Assembly (NCBI GenBank): GCA_951406725.2
Contig: OX597827.1
Location: forward strand, 74,958,001-75,022,000
DNA length: 64,000 bases
Direction: 5' to 3'
Source of the DNA: Octopus vulgaris
Lineage: Eukaryota
Within the stretch, counting starts at the first letter, position 1. Every line of letters starts with the position of its first letter. Made by a program: the position numbers and the translations under genes. The notes beneath the pieces are model-generated. The model was not told the origin of the DNA and did not search any database. It worked only from the letters and a program-made list of their open reading frames with translations. Shown here one piece after another: positions 1 through 13,100 of the stretch.

Positions 1-950
1 TGGCCTACCGGGACATGTTATTGACAATAAGTAGGCCCTATTGTTCCCTATCTTCTGTTTAGAAGAGAAAGCTTTCTAGTGGCCAACCCCTCAACCTCCA
101 CGTAGGTGGTGCCATGGCCTTCTAACATCAACTGTAAGATGCAGCAATTCTTCTCCAAGAATACCAAGGAGATCTGGGATCTTGTGGATTGTGTCTGGTT
201 TAATGTAGAGTAGTACCTTCACACTAATCCCAGACCAATTTCCATGACGGGTTCGCTTCACCTCCAGGCGGCTGTTATTCCCTCCCAATACGACGCACGC
301 TAAAATCCACCATAAATTTAACTCAGGTGGAATTCTTGAGATCTTCACTCTCACAGTCCTCCTTCCTAATACGATGGATAGAGAAGATGTTTTTCGCTCC
401 GACAGGGAGCTATAGAGTATTTGACGGCCAGAACTTCAATCTTGAAGAGCAATCAAATACCCACAAATTGCTTGGCTCTCGAGATGTGCTGAATGTCGGA
501 TATTATTTCTTTCTCCAATGTACGGACACTGAATTATTGCATGCAAGACGGTTTCGTCGCCCTGCATGCATCTCAAGCAGGCTCGGCTGTTGGATCTTCC
601 ATGCCTGAAGAGTTATTCTCTAACAGGCAATGTCTCACTGTAGTACTGCTATACCAAAGACTTTTAGAAAGTGTCTATGATCTTCGACCCGAAGATCTTC
701 TGTCAAGGCCTAGATTCAATCCTAAACCATCATCGCTCACACCCTCAACTAGCCCAACGCCCCAGAAATCTTGAGGTGTTTTCCCGGTAACGGTTTTGTG
801 CAGCTAATGCAATTCAATGAGTTCCTGGCAATATTCTAGATGCCAAATACTCAACTTTGGTCTTCGTTTGATCCACGACTAGAGTTCTGTCAACAAGAAA
901 TGCTGCAGAAAAGCTCGTTCTTATTTTCCCTGCCATCGTTCACATCATCG
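1..950 (-). mobile_element. Degenerate L1/Tx1-like LINE ORF1 region
   Basis: Peptide [18 protein letters not shown]...GNWSGISV...IPDL...LTVDVRRP resembles the + strand ORF at 17282; the paralog at 19951-21460 leads downstream to an APE fragment. Confidence 0.5.
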
Positions 951-1189
951 CTGTGATTTACATATCTCTGTAGGTGATACAGCTTTAAGACTTGGCACCT
1001 CATCCTCAAAGATGTCATCCCAAGACCACCACAGTGTGAATGCCGGCATCAATTGGTTTTTCTGACCATAACAATCAAAAAAGTAAGCGCTCCAATCTGG
1101 TCTAGGTTGTCTTAGGACAGGTACGACAGTTAGGTGATAGTACACCACCGAGGCAATATATGCATTTGCTATAATGATAATGATTATTT

Positions 1190-1392
1190 CAAATTTAGGC
1201 ACAAGGCCAGCAAGATCGGGGAAGGGAGTAAATAGATTACATCGACCCCAGTGTTCAACTGATACTTAATTTATTGACCACGAAATGATGAAATGGCAAA
1301 TCGACTTCGACGGAATTTGAACTGAGAACATAAGGTCGAACGAAAATGCTGCTTAGTATTTTACTCGGCATACGAATGATTCTACCAACTCA
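1190..1392 (-). mobile_element. tRNA-derived SINE (paralogs ~21695-21892, ~40430-40630)
   Basis: Reverse complement has an A-box-like GAGTTGGTAGAATC and B-box-like GTTCAAATTCC, followed by GTCGATTTGCC...GGGGTCGAT; related to the element at 8290. Confidence 0.8.
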
Positions 1393-1394
1393 CC

Positions 1395-1510
1395 ATAATA
1401 ATAATAATAATAATAATATATAAAATAATAATAATAATAATAATAATGATAATAATAATAATAATGATGATGATGATGATGATGATGATCATGACGACGA
1501 CGACGATGAT
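1395..1510. repeat. Compound (TAA)n(TGA)n(CGA)n microsatellite; much longer at 21893-22208, also at 40631-40767
   Basis: Direct reading. Confidence 0.95.
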
Positions 1511-1511
1511 T

Positions 1512-1640
1512 TTGCAACAAGGGCAGCAAGTTTGGGGTAGGTGATGAGTTGATTTCATCGACCTCAGTACTCAACGACTACTTACTTTATCGACCCTGAA
1601 AGGATAAAAGGCAAAGTCGACTTGGGAGTAATTTGAATGT
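1512..1640 (-). mobile_element. Partial SINE of the same family
   Basis: tttatcgaccctgaaaggataaaaggcaaagtcgac core shared with the other SINEs. Confidence 0.7.
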
Positions 1641-1857
1641 AAAGAAGAAGAAGGAGGAGGAGAGGAGGAGAAGTAGAAGAAGAACCAGAACAACAACAAC
1701 AACAACAACATGATCATCTTTATCATCATTAAGATATTCATGTACTGAGTGCATTAGATACGGAGAGGTAACTTTACCTGTGTGGGTGTTACTTCCACAA
1801 ATTCTAGGATGTTAAACATGTCTGTTGTTCACATTTACTTCCCTCAGTTTTCCTTAA

Positions 1858-3314
1858 TCTCTTATTATAAAAGGCAGATTTTATCTGCCTCCCTTTGTCT
1901 CTTATAGAAATCTACAATATAGGATTTCTTCAATTACAATTTACCTAGCATTTTTAAGAGTAAAATGCATCGGGTCGTGCCAGGTCCAGTTTTTAAAATT
2001 TCAACCCCAATTAAGCAAAATTTAGAGAAAACTCACATTGTGGTGTGTATGTCAAATGCTTTTCTTAGTGTGGGCTACAGCACACGCACACACACACAAA
2101 CGGAGCGAACTGTTTCACTGACGCTATCACCCTAATTACTCCTTTCTCTTTGCAAGTGTGCAACGATTAAAGTGAAAACAGTGAATCCGACAGCGATAAA
2201 GAAAATGGATTGGCACCTGAATGGAGTGAAAATTTAAAAACTGTTTCTTTCGGTGATTTTTCTGAAGAAACTGCACCAAGCCACAGACTTTCCCAGAAGA
2301 GTAAAGCCTTAGACTATTTCCTTTTACTTTTTCGAATGAGCCTATTTGAAATCATTACGGCGGAAACGAACTGTTACGCTAAACGTAAACAAAGCGAAAG
2401 AAAGGATAGTTTGTTATTTCCCATAACCTTAAATGAAATTAAGGCCTATTTTGCCATAAATATTATTATGGGTATCAGAAAGTTACCCAGAATAACAAAT
2501 TCTATCGTAAAATTTTGTTGTATACCCAATTGAATATTAGCTAATAACCCATTTTCTATAGCGATGTTTGAACAAAATTTTAATAATTTTATATATTGTT
2601 GAATTTACCTGTATCTACCTTTGTGACAAAAATTATAGTATAAAATTGGTTGAGAACATTTCATTAAATTATCTTCCAAAATTCATGTTAATATATTGAT
2701 AAATAAAAAAGTTATTGTTGTTTAATGAAACCAGACTAAATTTATGATTACGTTAGAAAATAATTGAAACACATAAGGGGTGTATTTTGGTCAGAAATAT
2801 AGTAACGAAAGGGTTAAGAAAAACCAAAAAATATTTTATTCTTTATAAATGTTGTGTTCAAAATAACATTTTCTTTTAAGAATGTGTATATAACAAAGTA
2901 TGTGTATATAACTACGTGGCTTATATTTTTATTTATATATAAAACTGAAGTTGTGTGTCTGTCTCCTACAATTTAGATTCGTAACTACTCCCACATTTTG
3001 CGGTGCAGTGTAACCAAAAGCGGGTATCTTAAAGTCGTGAGTCATATCGAGCCCTTCTGGGTATTAGCGCGCGTCTACGATGAGTCTACGATTTTAAAAA
3101 ATTTACCATCATATTTTTCCATTTTAATGCATTTTTTTCGCTATTATATAAGGGAAGTAACTCTCTAAAAATATCTACGATGTGTCTACGATTTTTTGTT
3201 AATTTTTTTCCATTTTTAATGCATTTTTTTGCTACTTTTGGGCTATAACTCTCTAAAAATGCATATATAGTTATTTCCTTTACAAACCCGAGCAACACCG
3301 GGCGATACTGCTAG
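1858..3314 (+). mobile_element. Non-autonomous Helitron-like element carrying a piggyBac fragment
   Basis: 5' TC; 3' GC hairpin CCCGAGCAACACCGGG followed by CTAG; sits between A and T with no TSD; empty site in copy 3 (ttaa|taat, ~41114). Confidence 0.8.
2210..2817 (+). pseudogene. piggyBac (PGBD-like) transposase N-terminal fragment plus element end
   Basis: ALDYFLLLF...[14 protein letters not shown]...[21 protein letters not shown] is typical of the piggyBac N-terminus; terminal AAAGGG|TTAA at 2808-2817. Confidence 0.75.
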
Positions 3315-3319
3315 TAAGC

Positions 3320-3682
3320 TCTATATATATAAACGGCAAAATGTCTGCGTGTGTGTCCTTTATACGTATCCACAATTTTTCAGTTAGAGGGCTCGCACTT
3401 TCTATGGTCATTCAAAACCGTCCAAGGGTGGTCGAGCACATCTTTACATTTCCCCAGTCACCCTGTAAAGCCATTAAAAAATCAATAGATGTGACTTTTT
3501 TGTGAATTTTCTTTCCAAAACCCAATCAAAATGCCTGAAACTTGATACGCCAATTGAATGCCAGCTAGCTGTATGTGATTGGTCGGAGATTTGGACAGTA
3601 TTCGCGTGTATGTGTGCACGCACGCAGCTGTATATGCATGCACTAGCACTATGAGACGGCGTTGCCGGCTCATAGTGCTAGT
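3320..3682 (+). mobile_element. Second small Helitron-like element ending in a 19-bp-arm palindrome (paralogs 25506-25750 with the 3' end deleted; 41118-41481)
   Basis: Begins TCTATATATATAAA, ends with hairpin + CTAG|T. Confidence 0.65.
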
Positions 3683-3977
3683 TCAACATAATTCAATACT
3701 TAGCAAAATAAGTATTTCTATACTTATGCTCTTGTAGAGAGTACGAAAACTTGAATTAATTAATACATGTATATACAATACATGTATATAGGTGAGATAG
3801 ACATTGTTAAAGTAAGATTATAACAATCAAAATTTTAAGTAAGACATCTCAATATCAATTAGAAAACAATTTTTAATGAGTTTATGCACTTGTATCCCAC
3901 TTAATTAAAGTTAAGAACAGATCATGTGTGTGAGTTGTGGGGAAATAGTTTGATTATTAGTATAGACGTATACTTAC

Positions 3978-4112
3978 TTTGCTGACAGTCGGAACCCATG
4001 CGTCCCATTGCACAGCCTCTAGGACATGCGCCATGAATCGGGTTGCAGGCGTCATTATTCATACAGTTACATCTTTTGGTGCAACGTAGTCCATATGTGC
4101 CTCCTTGGCAGA
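3978..4112 (-). CDS. EGF-like exon C1: [45 protein letters not shown]
   Basis: Minus strand tttgtttcacag|TCTGCCAAGG...TGTCAGCAAA|gtaagt; 135 nt, 8 Cys. Confidence 0.9.
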
Positions 4113-7100
4113 CTGTGAAACAAACGTATTATATTTTATATTGCGTAAAACAGTAAAGAACTCGTTTCATAATTGAAGAGATGGAAACAAACCAAGCAAT
4201 GACTGATGACCAAGACAACCATAATAGGAAATCGTTTAACCAACTACGGCGCCTCAATATTTTCGATTGATCTGCTAGTAACAGCGACCAAATCTTCCTC
4301 AAACAATACCCTGTTAGACTACAAACAAGAAACATTAAACAATGGAGACCTAAATATCTCTTAAGATGGCCACGGGTGGAATATCTATAACCGTAGATCT
4401 TTCTAATCAGTCAGGATTCATCAGAATATAAACAACAGCAGTAGTAGTGGTTGAATAACATGGGACTGTCTTCTCGATCTAAGTTTACCCAAATGCAAAT
4501 AACATCATCAGCAACAACAAAAGCAATGATATACAAACAAATAAGAAAGCCAAATCTCTCAGCAATCACTCAACTTGCTAGTACATCGTATCAACGAGGG
4601 AACTGACTTGGGCTTCATCTTTACCATAAAGTTTGAGGTCATCCATGAATAACAAGTGGTTGACTATTTGTTGGTGGCTTTTGAATACATACCCAGCTTT
4701 TGCTTTCCTGAGAATCAGTGTTAGTGAAATCAAGCACAGTACAAAGATCAATGGAGACAGGCAGTCCTCTTGGAAGTTGCCTTTCTGATTTCTACTTTCC
4801 CTAAACTTCTTTCGTATGCTGCCAGGTCCGTCCTCCAATTCACCATACTTTTTCCAACATTCGATGCAATACCAAATAGGTTCATACATTCCATAATTCA
4901 AGAATGTAGGATCATATCGTACGCCTTACAATAGTCGATCCATGACATGGCTAAGTTACTTTTCTTCCTCTTACAGTCTCTAAGAATAGTTTTGTCTATC
5001 AGGAGTTGATCCTTGTAACCTCTGCACTTATGCTTGAAACCCTTCTGCTCATGTGGCAGGACTCCAAATTTTTTTCCAGATGTTCGTACATTGACTCTGC
5101 AAGTATTCCAGTTAATAGTTTCCACATAAGTGGCAAACAAGATATTGGCCAGTAGTTGTGTACCATATTGCCTTTTTCGATGTTTTTCAAGCACAGCACT
5201 GTCCTACCCAATGTCAACCACTCTGGTGTTACTTGGTCGGCATTTAACAAGGTGTTGATTTGTGCCACTATTCGTGCATGACATTCACCAAATCATTTGA
5301 TCCAGTAGCCTTGAACTCTATCTGATCCCGGGGCCTTCCAGTTGCTCCTTTTTTTTTTTTTGCTTCTTTCCTTCACTTTCCGAACTGAAATGACTAGTCC
5401 TGTCTGTTTTGGACAGACTACTGTTTGTCTCAGTTCTTGCAACCATAACCATTCAGCATCCTTTTCGTGCTCCTTATCTTTGCTCAAGATGTCACTCGAA
5501 CATCTTTGACTTTCATTGTTATCTGGTATCAACTTTTCATCTGTACATTCTCCATTTATTCCTTTATAGAATCTCTTCTGATCTACTCTGAATAACCCAT
5601 GCTGGTGGTAACCCTTCATTCTTTGGTCGTATCTTACCATCTTTGCTTTCTTTGCAACGAAGTGCTGTTTCAGTTCTTCTATTACCACTTTTAGGCCCTT
5701 TCTTTCAGTATCATACTTCCTGTTCGGTGTCATGTATTTTTATTCGTTTTTAAGTAACCTCTTCTCTTTTCGGTTTCACCAGTAATGACTTTCGGGAGCA
5801 TACTTAACCCCACCTGTATTCTTCTTTTCTACCATGGATTTTTTTCTTTTGTCACTCCCATTATATATCTTTTTCTTGACATCATCATCTACATTTTCTG
5901 CTACAGCAATACTTGCTGCCTTGATCAAATTTTTTGTTTCTGTAATGTTTTTTTGTTCTCGTGTATTTCAGAATTTCATGTCTCTCATCGAGCAAGTTAT
6001 CACTGTTCCTTTCCTGTGGTTTATTAGAGATCTCACCTCTGCTTTCTACTATGAGATTACTTTTATCAGTAAGAACAGCATTTTCATCGTTTCCTCTACT
6101 GCTGTTTCCCAATACCCGTCTTTTGATAGCTTCGAGCTATACTTCCGGGAACCAACGATTTTTTTCTTATTTCTCTATCTTGATCACATAATCTCTGTTC
6201 TGTGTATTGAAACTATCCTCTCTCTCTTCTTTGATCATACATAAGTTGTCGGTATCCCCTAATATATGAACAATATTTTCGTCTACAGGGTTAGGGTTGC
6301 TCAGGTAGTAACATTCCATGACCACAGCATTGATTTGTTAGTTCCATCTAATCTGTGTGGTCGGATCCCTTGCTGGATAACGACAGGCTGGGAGTCAGGC
6401 CTGTAGCTCTGAGCCTGCCAGGTGCAACGCTGTCACAATCATGGATTTCAGTTTCATTACTACCATTATTCACAATATTTTTCATCGTCACTCATATGAG
6501 ATAGCGATTATCAGATTGCACAATTACCAGTGTTTTTATTGTGACCCCATCACTAGATGTACCATCAATCAGGACATGGGAAGTTTCCAATCGCTAAGCA
6601 GCTAATATGAAACCTTCACTCTCTGCTTTTAGCCCTGAACTTCGTAACCATTGGTGCGTGTGTTTCTGGTCGATATCAGCTTGTTTGCTACGGGCCACAT
6701 ACTTGCCATGGAAAGGTTTCGGTTCCCATCTGCTAGCTAAATTTTCATGTGCTTTTGTCTTTGCAATTAATTTTATTTTCTTTGCAGCTGTAGTTGGCGC
6801 ATTTCCTTCAGCCTGCTCAATCTGGTGGGTATCTAAGAGATCAGCAGCAAATTTTTTGCTCTCTTTGAGAATAGAATGAATTTTTTTAGGCCTTTCATGT
6901 TTTTCAACAAGTTTTAGCATCCAATCGTTGGTTGCTTCAAGGTATTTGGACAGTCCAATTGTTGTGGTTTTGTATGTAAGTTCAAGCTGGATCAAACCTC
7001 GACCTCCCTGAGCTCTGGGAAGGTAAAGGCGATCCACGTCTGCCTTTGGATGGTGCATCTTATTACAAGTCAGTAGCTTGCGGATTTTCCTGTCAATTTT

Positions 7101-10100
7101 CATCATTATTAGTATTATTATTATTATTGAGTGAGAGAGCAGTGCATGCCATCAAAGTGACACTGGGGTAAAATATACGAAGCCCAGTATACCCATCATG
7201 ACTACCCGTCTGATAAAGGTACACCAGGCACATACATCACAACTATATGTGCGCAACATGGTGATCTCATATCAAGATAAACAGCGCATTACCTTGCAGG
7301 TGGGGCACAGTTAGAATTTTCTTCTGGTCGAGTAACACATCCCACTCAAAAGGTCTCTGAATAAAGGTTGTTTAAGGATGTTGAACAAAACACCCTTTCT
7401 AGTTTTGTTAGCCACTCTGCGCTTTCTTTATATCTCGCCGGCTTTTTCTACAGTCTTCCTCCAAATTCTTTACTTTCTTCCGCATCTCAAATCAGTTCTT
7501 AGTGTTGGCGTCCCTCTGTTTCCTCATATAGATGCCTTCTATTTTATTGGAACAGTCTATGCTATTCGAAACCTTTGCATTTATCATCATTTTTTTTATT
7601 AATTTGGCTTTTTTTTGTGTCAATTCTTCCATCCGTTTCATATTCTTCCTGTTTTACCCTTTCATTACCGCTCTCTGCTACCGTTGTTTCACTCTCCTTC
7701 TGCTAATTTATTATTATGTTTCTCTGAATTTCTTCAATCTCTACTGCCATAACCCAGTCGTCCCCACATATTACTCTTATTTAGTCTATCAGTCACAGGG
7801 CGGATGCTTCAAAGCCTCCTTTCTTCATCCAAATATTCTCTTTATTTGATTCATGAAGCCTCTTTTATTTGGCTCACTTCTCAGCCAGTATTCGATTACT
7901 ATTTAGTTTACTTCTTTTCCCGCATTTCATTCTTTTTATTTTGCACTTTTGACTGCGACTTTGGTCCTGACCAATAGCTTGATGACAATCTGCCAGAACT
8001 TGACCAGATACTCCCTGCCTGCCGAGCGCGACATCTTTACCTTTTACATTTCCAGTCCTGTTAGTGCAGTTGTGGTTACTATTTAATTTTGACATCACTC
8101 ATTTAGAGGTACCATTTGTAAGATTGTGCAACCACCAGTATTTTTATTGTGACACCATCACTAGGTGAGTTGCTAGTCAAGGCTCCGATAGTCCACATCA
8201 ACCCTCGTGTACAGTGTTTAGTGTCATTCTTGTTCATTCCAATGTTTTATATTTTTATATTTGACATTTTCACTCCTGGGAATTTTTGTTAAGGCGGCTA
8301 GCTGGTAGAGTCGTTAGCACGTTGGACGAAATGCTTAATAGTATTTCACCCATCGTTACATTCTGAGTTCAAATTCCATCGAGATCGACTTTGCCTTTCC
8401 TGCTTTCAGGGTTGATAAATTAAGAACCAGCGGAACACTGGGGTCGATGTATTCGACTAGTCCCCTCCCCAAAACTTCAGGCCTTGTGCCTTTACTAGAA
8501 AAGATAATTGTTGTTGTTGTTTTTGTTATCTCAACTGAATCACAAGTGTCAAATCGTCGGCGACTAAACCAGCAACTCCACAGAACCTGCTCTGTGGAGA
8601 GTGTATTTTTCTTTCTATTTGCTAACCCTTCAGGATGAAATACAAGGCCTGTTGAAGAGTAGATGAACTCAGGGGAGTCAGCGGTCACCTACACAGCAAC
8701 TTTTCATTAGTTGTGCATCCGATTAGATCATTACCGCTCAGAGTACTGGGTTGGTGTACAATGCAAGATAGCTTACTTAAACTTTCAAAGGTAATGGCTG
8801 GAAAATTTCCCAGAATTATACAAAAGAATAGATATGCAAATGGATAAAATGATCAACAACAGGGTATAAATCCCAAAATGCATTGCCACAGGGAAAACAG
8901 CTCTTTACCAAAAAGGACTCCAGTAAATGTAATGCAGTGGAAAATTACCGGCCATTCTCCTACTTACTACTGATTTGGAAGTTGATGTCAGGAATGTAAC
9001 TAACTGTGCGTATGACATGCTGAAAATAACTGACAAGCTGCCAGTGGAACAGCAGAGATGCACATAGGCATTGATATGTAGTACCCAGGAACAAACCCTG
9101 AGAAATAATTACTCCAAGGTCCAAATAGACAAGAACAATGAATCGCTCCTTTGTGGGTTTATGGCATCAAAAAAACGAAATAATCTCACATATTGTGAGT
9201 GAATTTAGCAAACTAATCCAAAAGGAATACAAAAAGAGGCACGATAACAGGGCTAAGTTTGTTCACTAGAGATTGCATGAGAAGTATGGTCTTGAAAGAA
9301 CACAGACAAAGCCTGCTAAAATATAGTAGACTACTATAGAACAACACACAGAAAATACTAAAGGCAGTGAATAGAGAGCAGGTGGTCAAATGTGGAAATA
9401 GGAGGAAAAGACGAAAATGATATTCAAAGAGAGCATTATAAACAGATTGAAAAAAAAATCTGCATGGTCAGTATTTGAAAGCCACTGAAGATGTACGTGA
9501 AACAAAAATCTGGGCTTCATTAAAAACAAAAGGGCATTTAAAAAAAGAAACAGAGTGCCTTGTTAAAACAGCTGAAGATAAAGCAATAAAAACAAATAAT
9601 TTGAAAAAATATGTGTATGGGGAGGTGTCAGCAAAATGTAAAGTGTGAGGTATTTGAGATAAAACAATGGTGCACATTGTTGCAGAATATCCCAGGTTGG
9701 CTCATACAGAATATACGAAATGGAGACATGACCAAGTATTGCAAGTTTTTCACTGGGCGCTTCATCAGAAATGGGGATTTGAAGCTCAAATTACTTGGTA
9801 TCACCATTGGGTTGAGAGGGTGCTTGAGTCGGAGAAAGCATGATTTTATGGGATTTTCCCATTCAAACAGATAAGAAGCTAGGAAACAATAAACCAGATA
9901 TAACAATAATAGACAAGGAAAGGCGAAGTTGCTTACTAATTGATCCATCGTGTCCGTTCGATTCCAGGATTGTTAAGAAAGAAGAAAAACATTTTAAAAT
10001 CCAATCCTTTAAAATTTGCAATTGCGAGAATTTGGAGCATGAAATATGTAAAGGTTGTTCCTGCAATAATTGGTGCATTAGGATCTGGGAGTAAGGATAT

Positions 10101-13100
10101 AGATGAATGGTTGGGAGAGATTGGAATAGAATGTCCTGAAGAGCTTCCACAGAGAGTTTGCCTCTAGGGACAGGAAAAATTATCAGAAGGGTTTTCAGCA
10201 CTTGAAAGATTAACGAAAGCTTGAGGATATATAAAGTTACTGGTAGTAACCCATTACCCACATAAATTCTAGCAAGAATAAGAACGAACCTGAGTCAAAT
10301 AATATCTTTTATTGTTAGAGGAACAACAAAAGAGTCGATTTCGCAAGGACAAATTAGAAAGCGAAACAAAAAATATACTTGAAAAGAAAATCCTCAAGAG
10401 AGTAGGTTGGCGGGGTAATTTTCAGTCAAATGAGGAAAAGAATTACACTAGGCCAATCACAGAAGGCCAGATAAATTCTGGCAGGTGAAGTCCTAACATA
10501 AAATTCGTCCATAAGTGATTTGAACTAAATATATTCACTTTGAAATTACTTCATAATTCCAATGGTATAATCAGTTGTTTCATACTCACATTCTTGACAG
10601 CTTTTACCCCGATATCCAGCAACACATCCATGAGCACAAGTACCATATGCTGGGTTGCAACTGTCGTCAATACAATGACACTGTTTATGACATTTATCTC
10701 CAAATGTGCCTTTAGGGCATACTGAAAAAAATAACAGAAGAAACACGTTTTAACTTACGAATTTATTGTTGCCTTTTAAATATCAGTAACACAATACTAC
10801 TGGCATCATAGTCAACGCCAACTGAAGACAGAACCATATTCTTTTGCAAATTTCACAGAGATTTCCTGAAGCTTCCAGATGGTTTGTTTCATTCACAAGG
10901 CTTGAATCAAACCAGGACTTTCACAGAAGATATTTGCCAAACGTTTTTTGCATCGAAATCGAACCTTAAACAAGCTAAACTAGCTTCTTAATGAATCAAC
11001 CAACCCAAAACTTTGTAAAGTCAAAAACTTTAACCAACAGAAATCTAAGAATGTATAAGACAGACGACTATTTCAAGCAATTAGTTAGATGTCTTCAGGC
11101 ACACAATCTTCTGCCATCTCCCTCCTTAGTACACGCTGTGCGACTCTTGCATACTTTGTTATCTTTCCTGTTAGCACACGTTCTTCGCCCATGTTAGTAT
11201 ACTATGTAGTCAACGTTGACAATACATGTTATTACTTCCCTTGTCATCACAAGTTGTCGTTCCCTCTGATGTACCCCTTGCTGTACCCCTTGTTAGTATA
11301 CTTTGTTATGTTGTTAGCTTAGGCTGTTGTTTCTCTAGTTTGTATATCTTGTTGTCTCCCTTGTTTTTATATTTTGCTGAAAAAGCAAGTACATTGTTAG
11401 TACACTGTTCCATGTCACACACAGTACTGTCACCCTTGTTGGTAATCTTTGCTATATCTTGTATTAGCATCTCAGAATACATAACTAAAAAGAACAACAA
11501 TTGCAATACACAATGACAACAGAAAGCAAACGTTATTAACCTTCTTTACAAGTGCCTGAAGTGAAACCAGGTGGACATCCATGTGGGCATATTCCAGTGA
11601 CTCTGTCGCACACGTCCTTATCTCGACAGTTGCATTCCTCATTACAGCCAGAACCATACTTTCCAGGAGAACACTCTGAAAAGAACAATTTCTTTTAATA
11701 TCCACCAGATTTGATGTTAAACAGACTCTGTTAAAGTTTAAAATATCAGATACACTTTACTGACTACATGAATTAAGAATTAGAAGAGACAAGTTAAAAG
11801 CTACCGAAAGAATTATGTGAAGGATTTCCTTACGATGCCATTTATCAAATGCTGTTTCTGTTTTTGCGGAGTTCAGTTTAAAATCAGATACGATGAGCAT
11901 ATCTATAATAGTTGATCGAAAGAGTAAGTGCAAGTCACAGATCTATTACACTTGATATACGAAGCCTTCACCACTTGGTGGGCCTTCGCACTAATACATC
12001 CTGAATATGAATTATTGTCAGTTGGGACATGTGTTTCTTTTTTTTGCCCAGTCTATTTTTGTATGCTTGTTGGTTCAAGTGATGAACTCCTCGAGGACAA
12101 ATGTGAAATCTAGAGAGCGCTTAAGGTGGTTCTTGGAGTTGTTTGGCCCCAAAACAATGACCACCCAGCTTATTTTCAGAGAGTGTATACAGTATCTGAA
12201 TAGCTAAATTATCTTATGTATTCTTTCTTTGTATACGAGGGTAGTGTGTGATTTGAGGAAGATTTGGCTACTATTTCTTGCAGGTCAGGATTGTGTGTGT
12301 GTGTGTGTGTGTTTCCTTGGACGGATATTCTCTTCAGAATAGTGTTGAAATTGTTGTTGCTTCGACCACTGTTAGCCTTGATCAGATATCTAAGGTATTC
12401 CGTCATTCGCTGTTGGTTTTAAGTGTAAAATATCTTTTTAAGATGGAGAATGCAATTTGAATGGCATTTGGCTGCTATTTTTAACAAATCAATCAATCCT
12501 ACAAAATTTCTTTCGTGGTCCTTTGGTGTTGTAGCAGTGTTGGGCTGTGTAACAGATATGTTTGAAGGAGTATCAGAGGTTGATATTGCAGTAGTTGTGA
12601 AGGCGTTGTATATGCAAATGTTTGCTAACGGAGTTATAGAGATTGTAAGGGTTAGATTTTGCTGTACCAACACAATTTGTTCTTCGCTAGGTTTGGAGTG
12701 ATTTAATTTTTAGGGTTCACTTAGAATGAGGAATGAAAGTAACATATGAAGGTGATGCATATCTGTTATTGGAAGTTATGTGCAGTTTAAGATTAAAAGG
12801 AATGGGTAGAGTTCGGGTCTTTGTGGTAACTATACGGAATTTCTCTTATATTTCATGGCTTAAATATTTTTAAAATCTTTACTCTTATCTAAACATATAT
12901 TTTGAGTAACTACTATACCAATAGTTGCCCCTGTTAAGTACTACTCAACAAAATCGCATATGTCTGCTTATAAACTGTCCGCTCTACAAGTCAGACACTC
13001 AGACTTCAGAAATCCGATCCTTTTCTTCCAAAGACTTGGTGGATTAAACTATCTTCTAATCTCTGTCATTAACTCTTTGTTGATTAATCCATTATCTCCA

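Noticed and set aside
1777-1802. Candidate small exon (tag|AATTTGTGGAAGTAACACCCACACAG|gtaaag) downstream of exon C
   Set aside because: 26 nt breaks phase symmetry, the polypyrimidine tract is poor, and the AG is lost in copy 3
6286-6299. Telomere-like (TTAGGG) repeat
   Set aside because: Only a 6-nt duplication within a LINE remnant in copies 1 and 4
8290-8400. tRNA gene
   Set aside because: A/B boxes are present but there is no cloverleaf; it is the head of a repeated SINE
11472-11705. ORF-track peptides [10 protein letters not shown]... and the overlapping + strand ORFs around exons A and B
   Set aside because: They are wrong-frame or antisense shadows of the Cys-rich exons, which have proper splice sites
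12209-12701. Short ORFs conserved in all four units
   Set aside because: Conservation is explained by recent duplication; no recognisable domain or splice structure; contains a (GT)n repeat; probably old repeat debris
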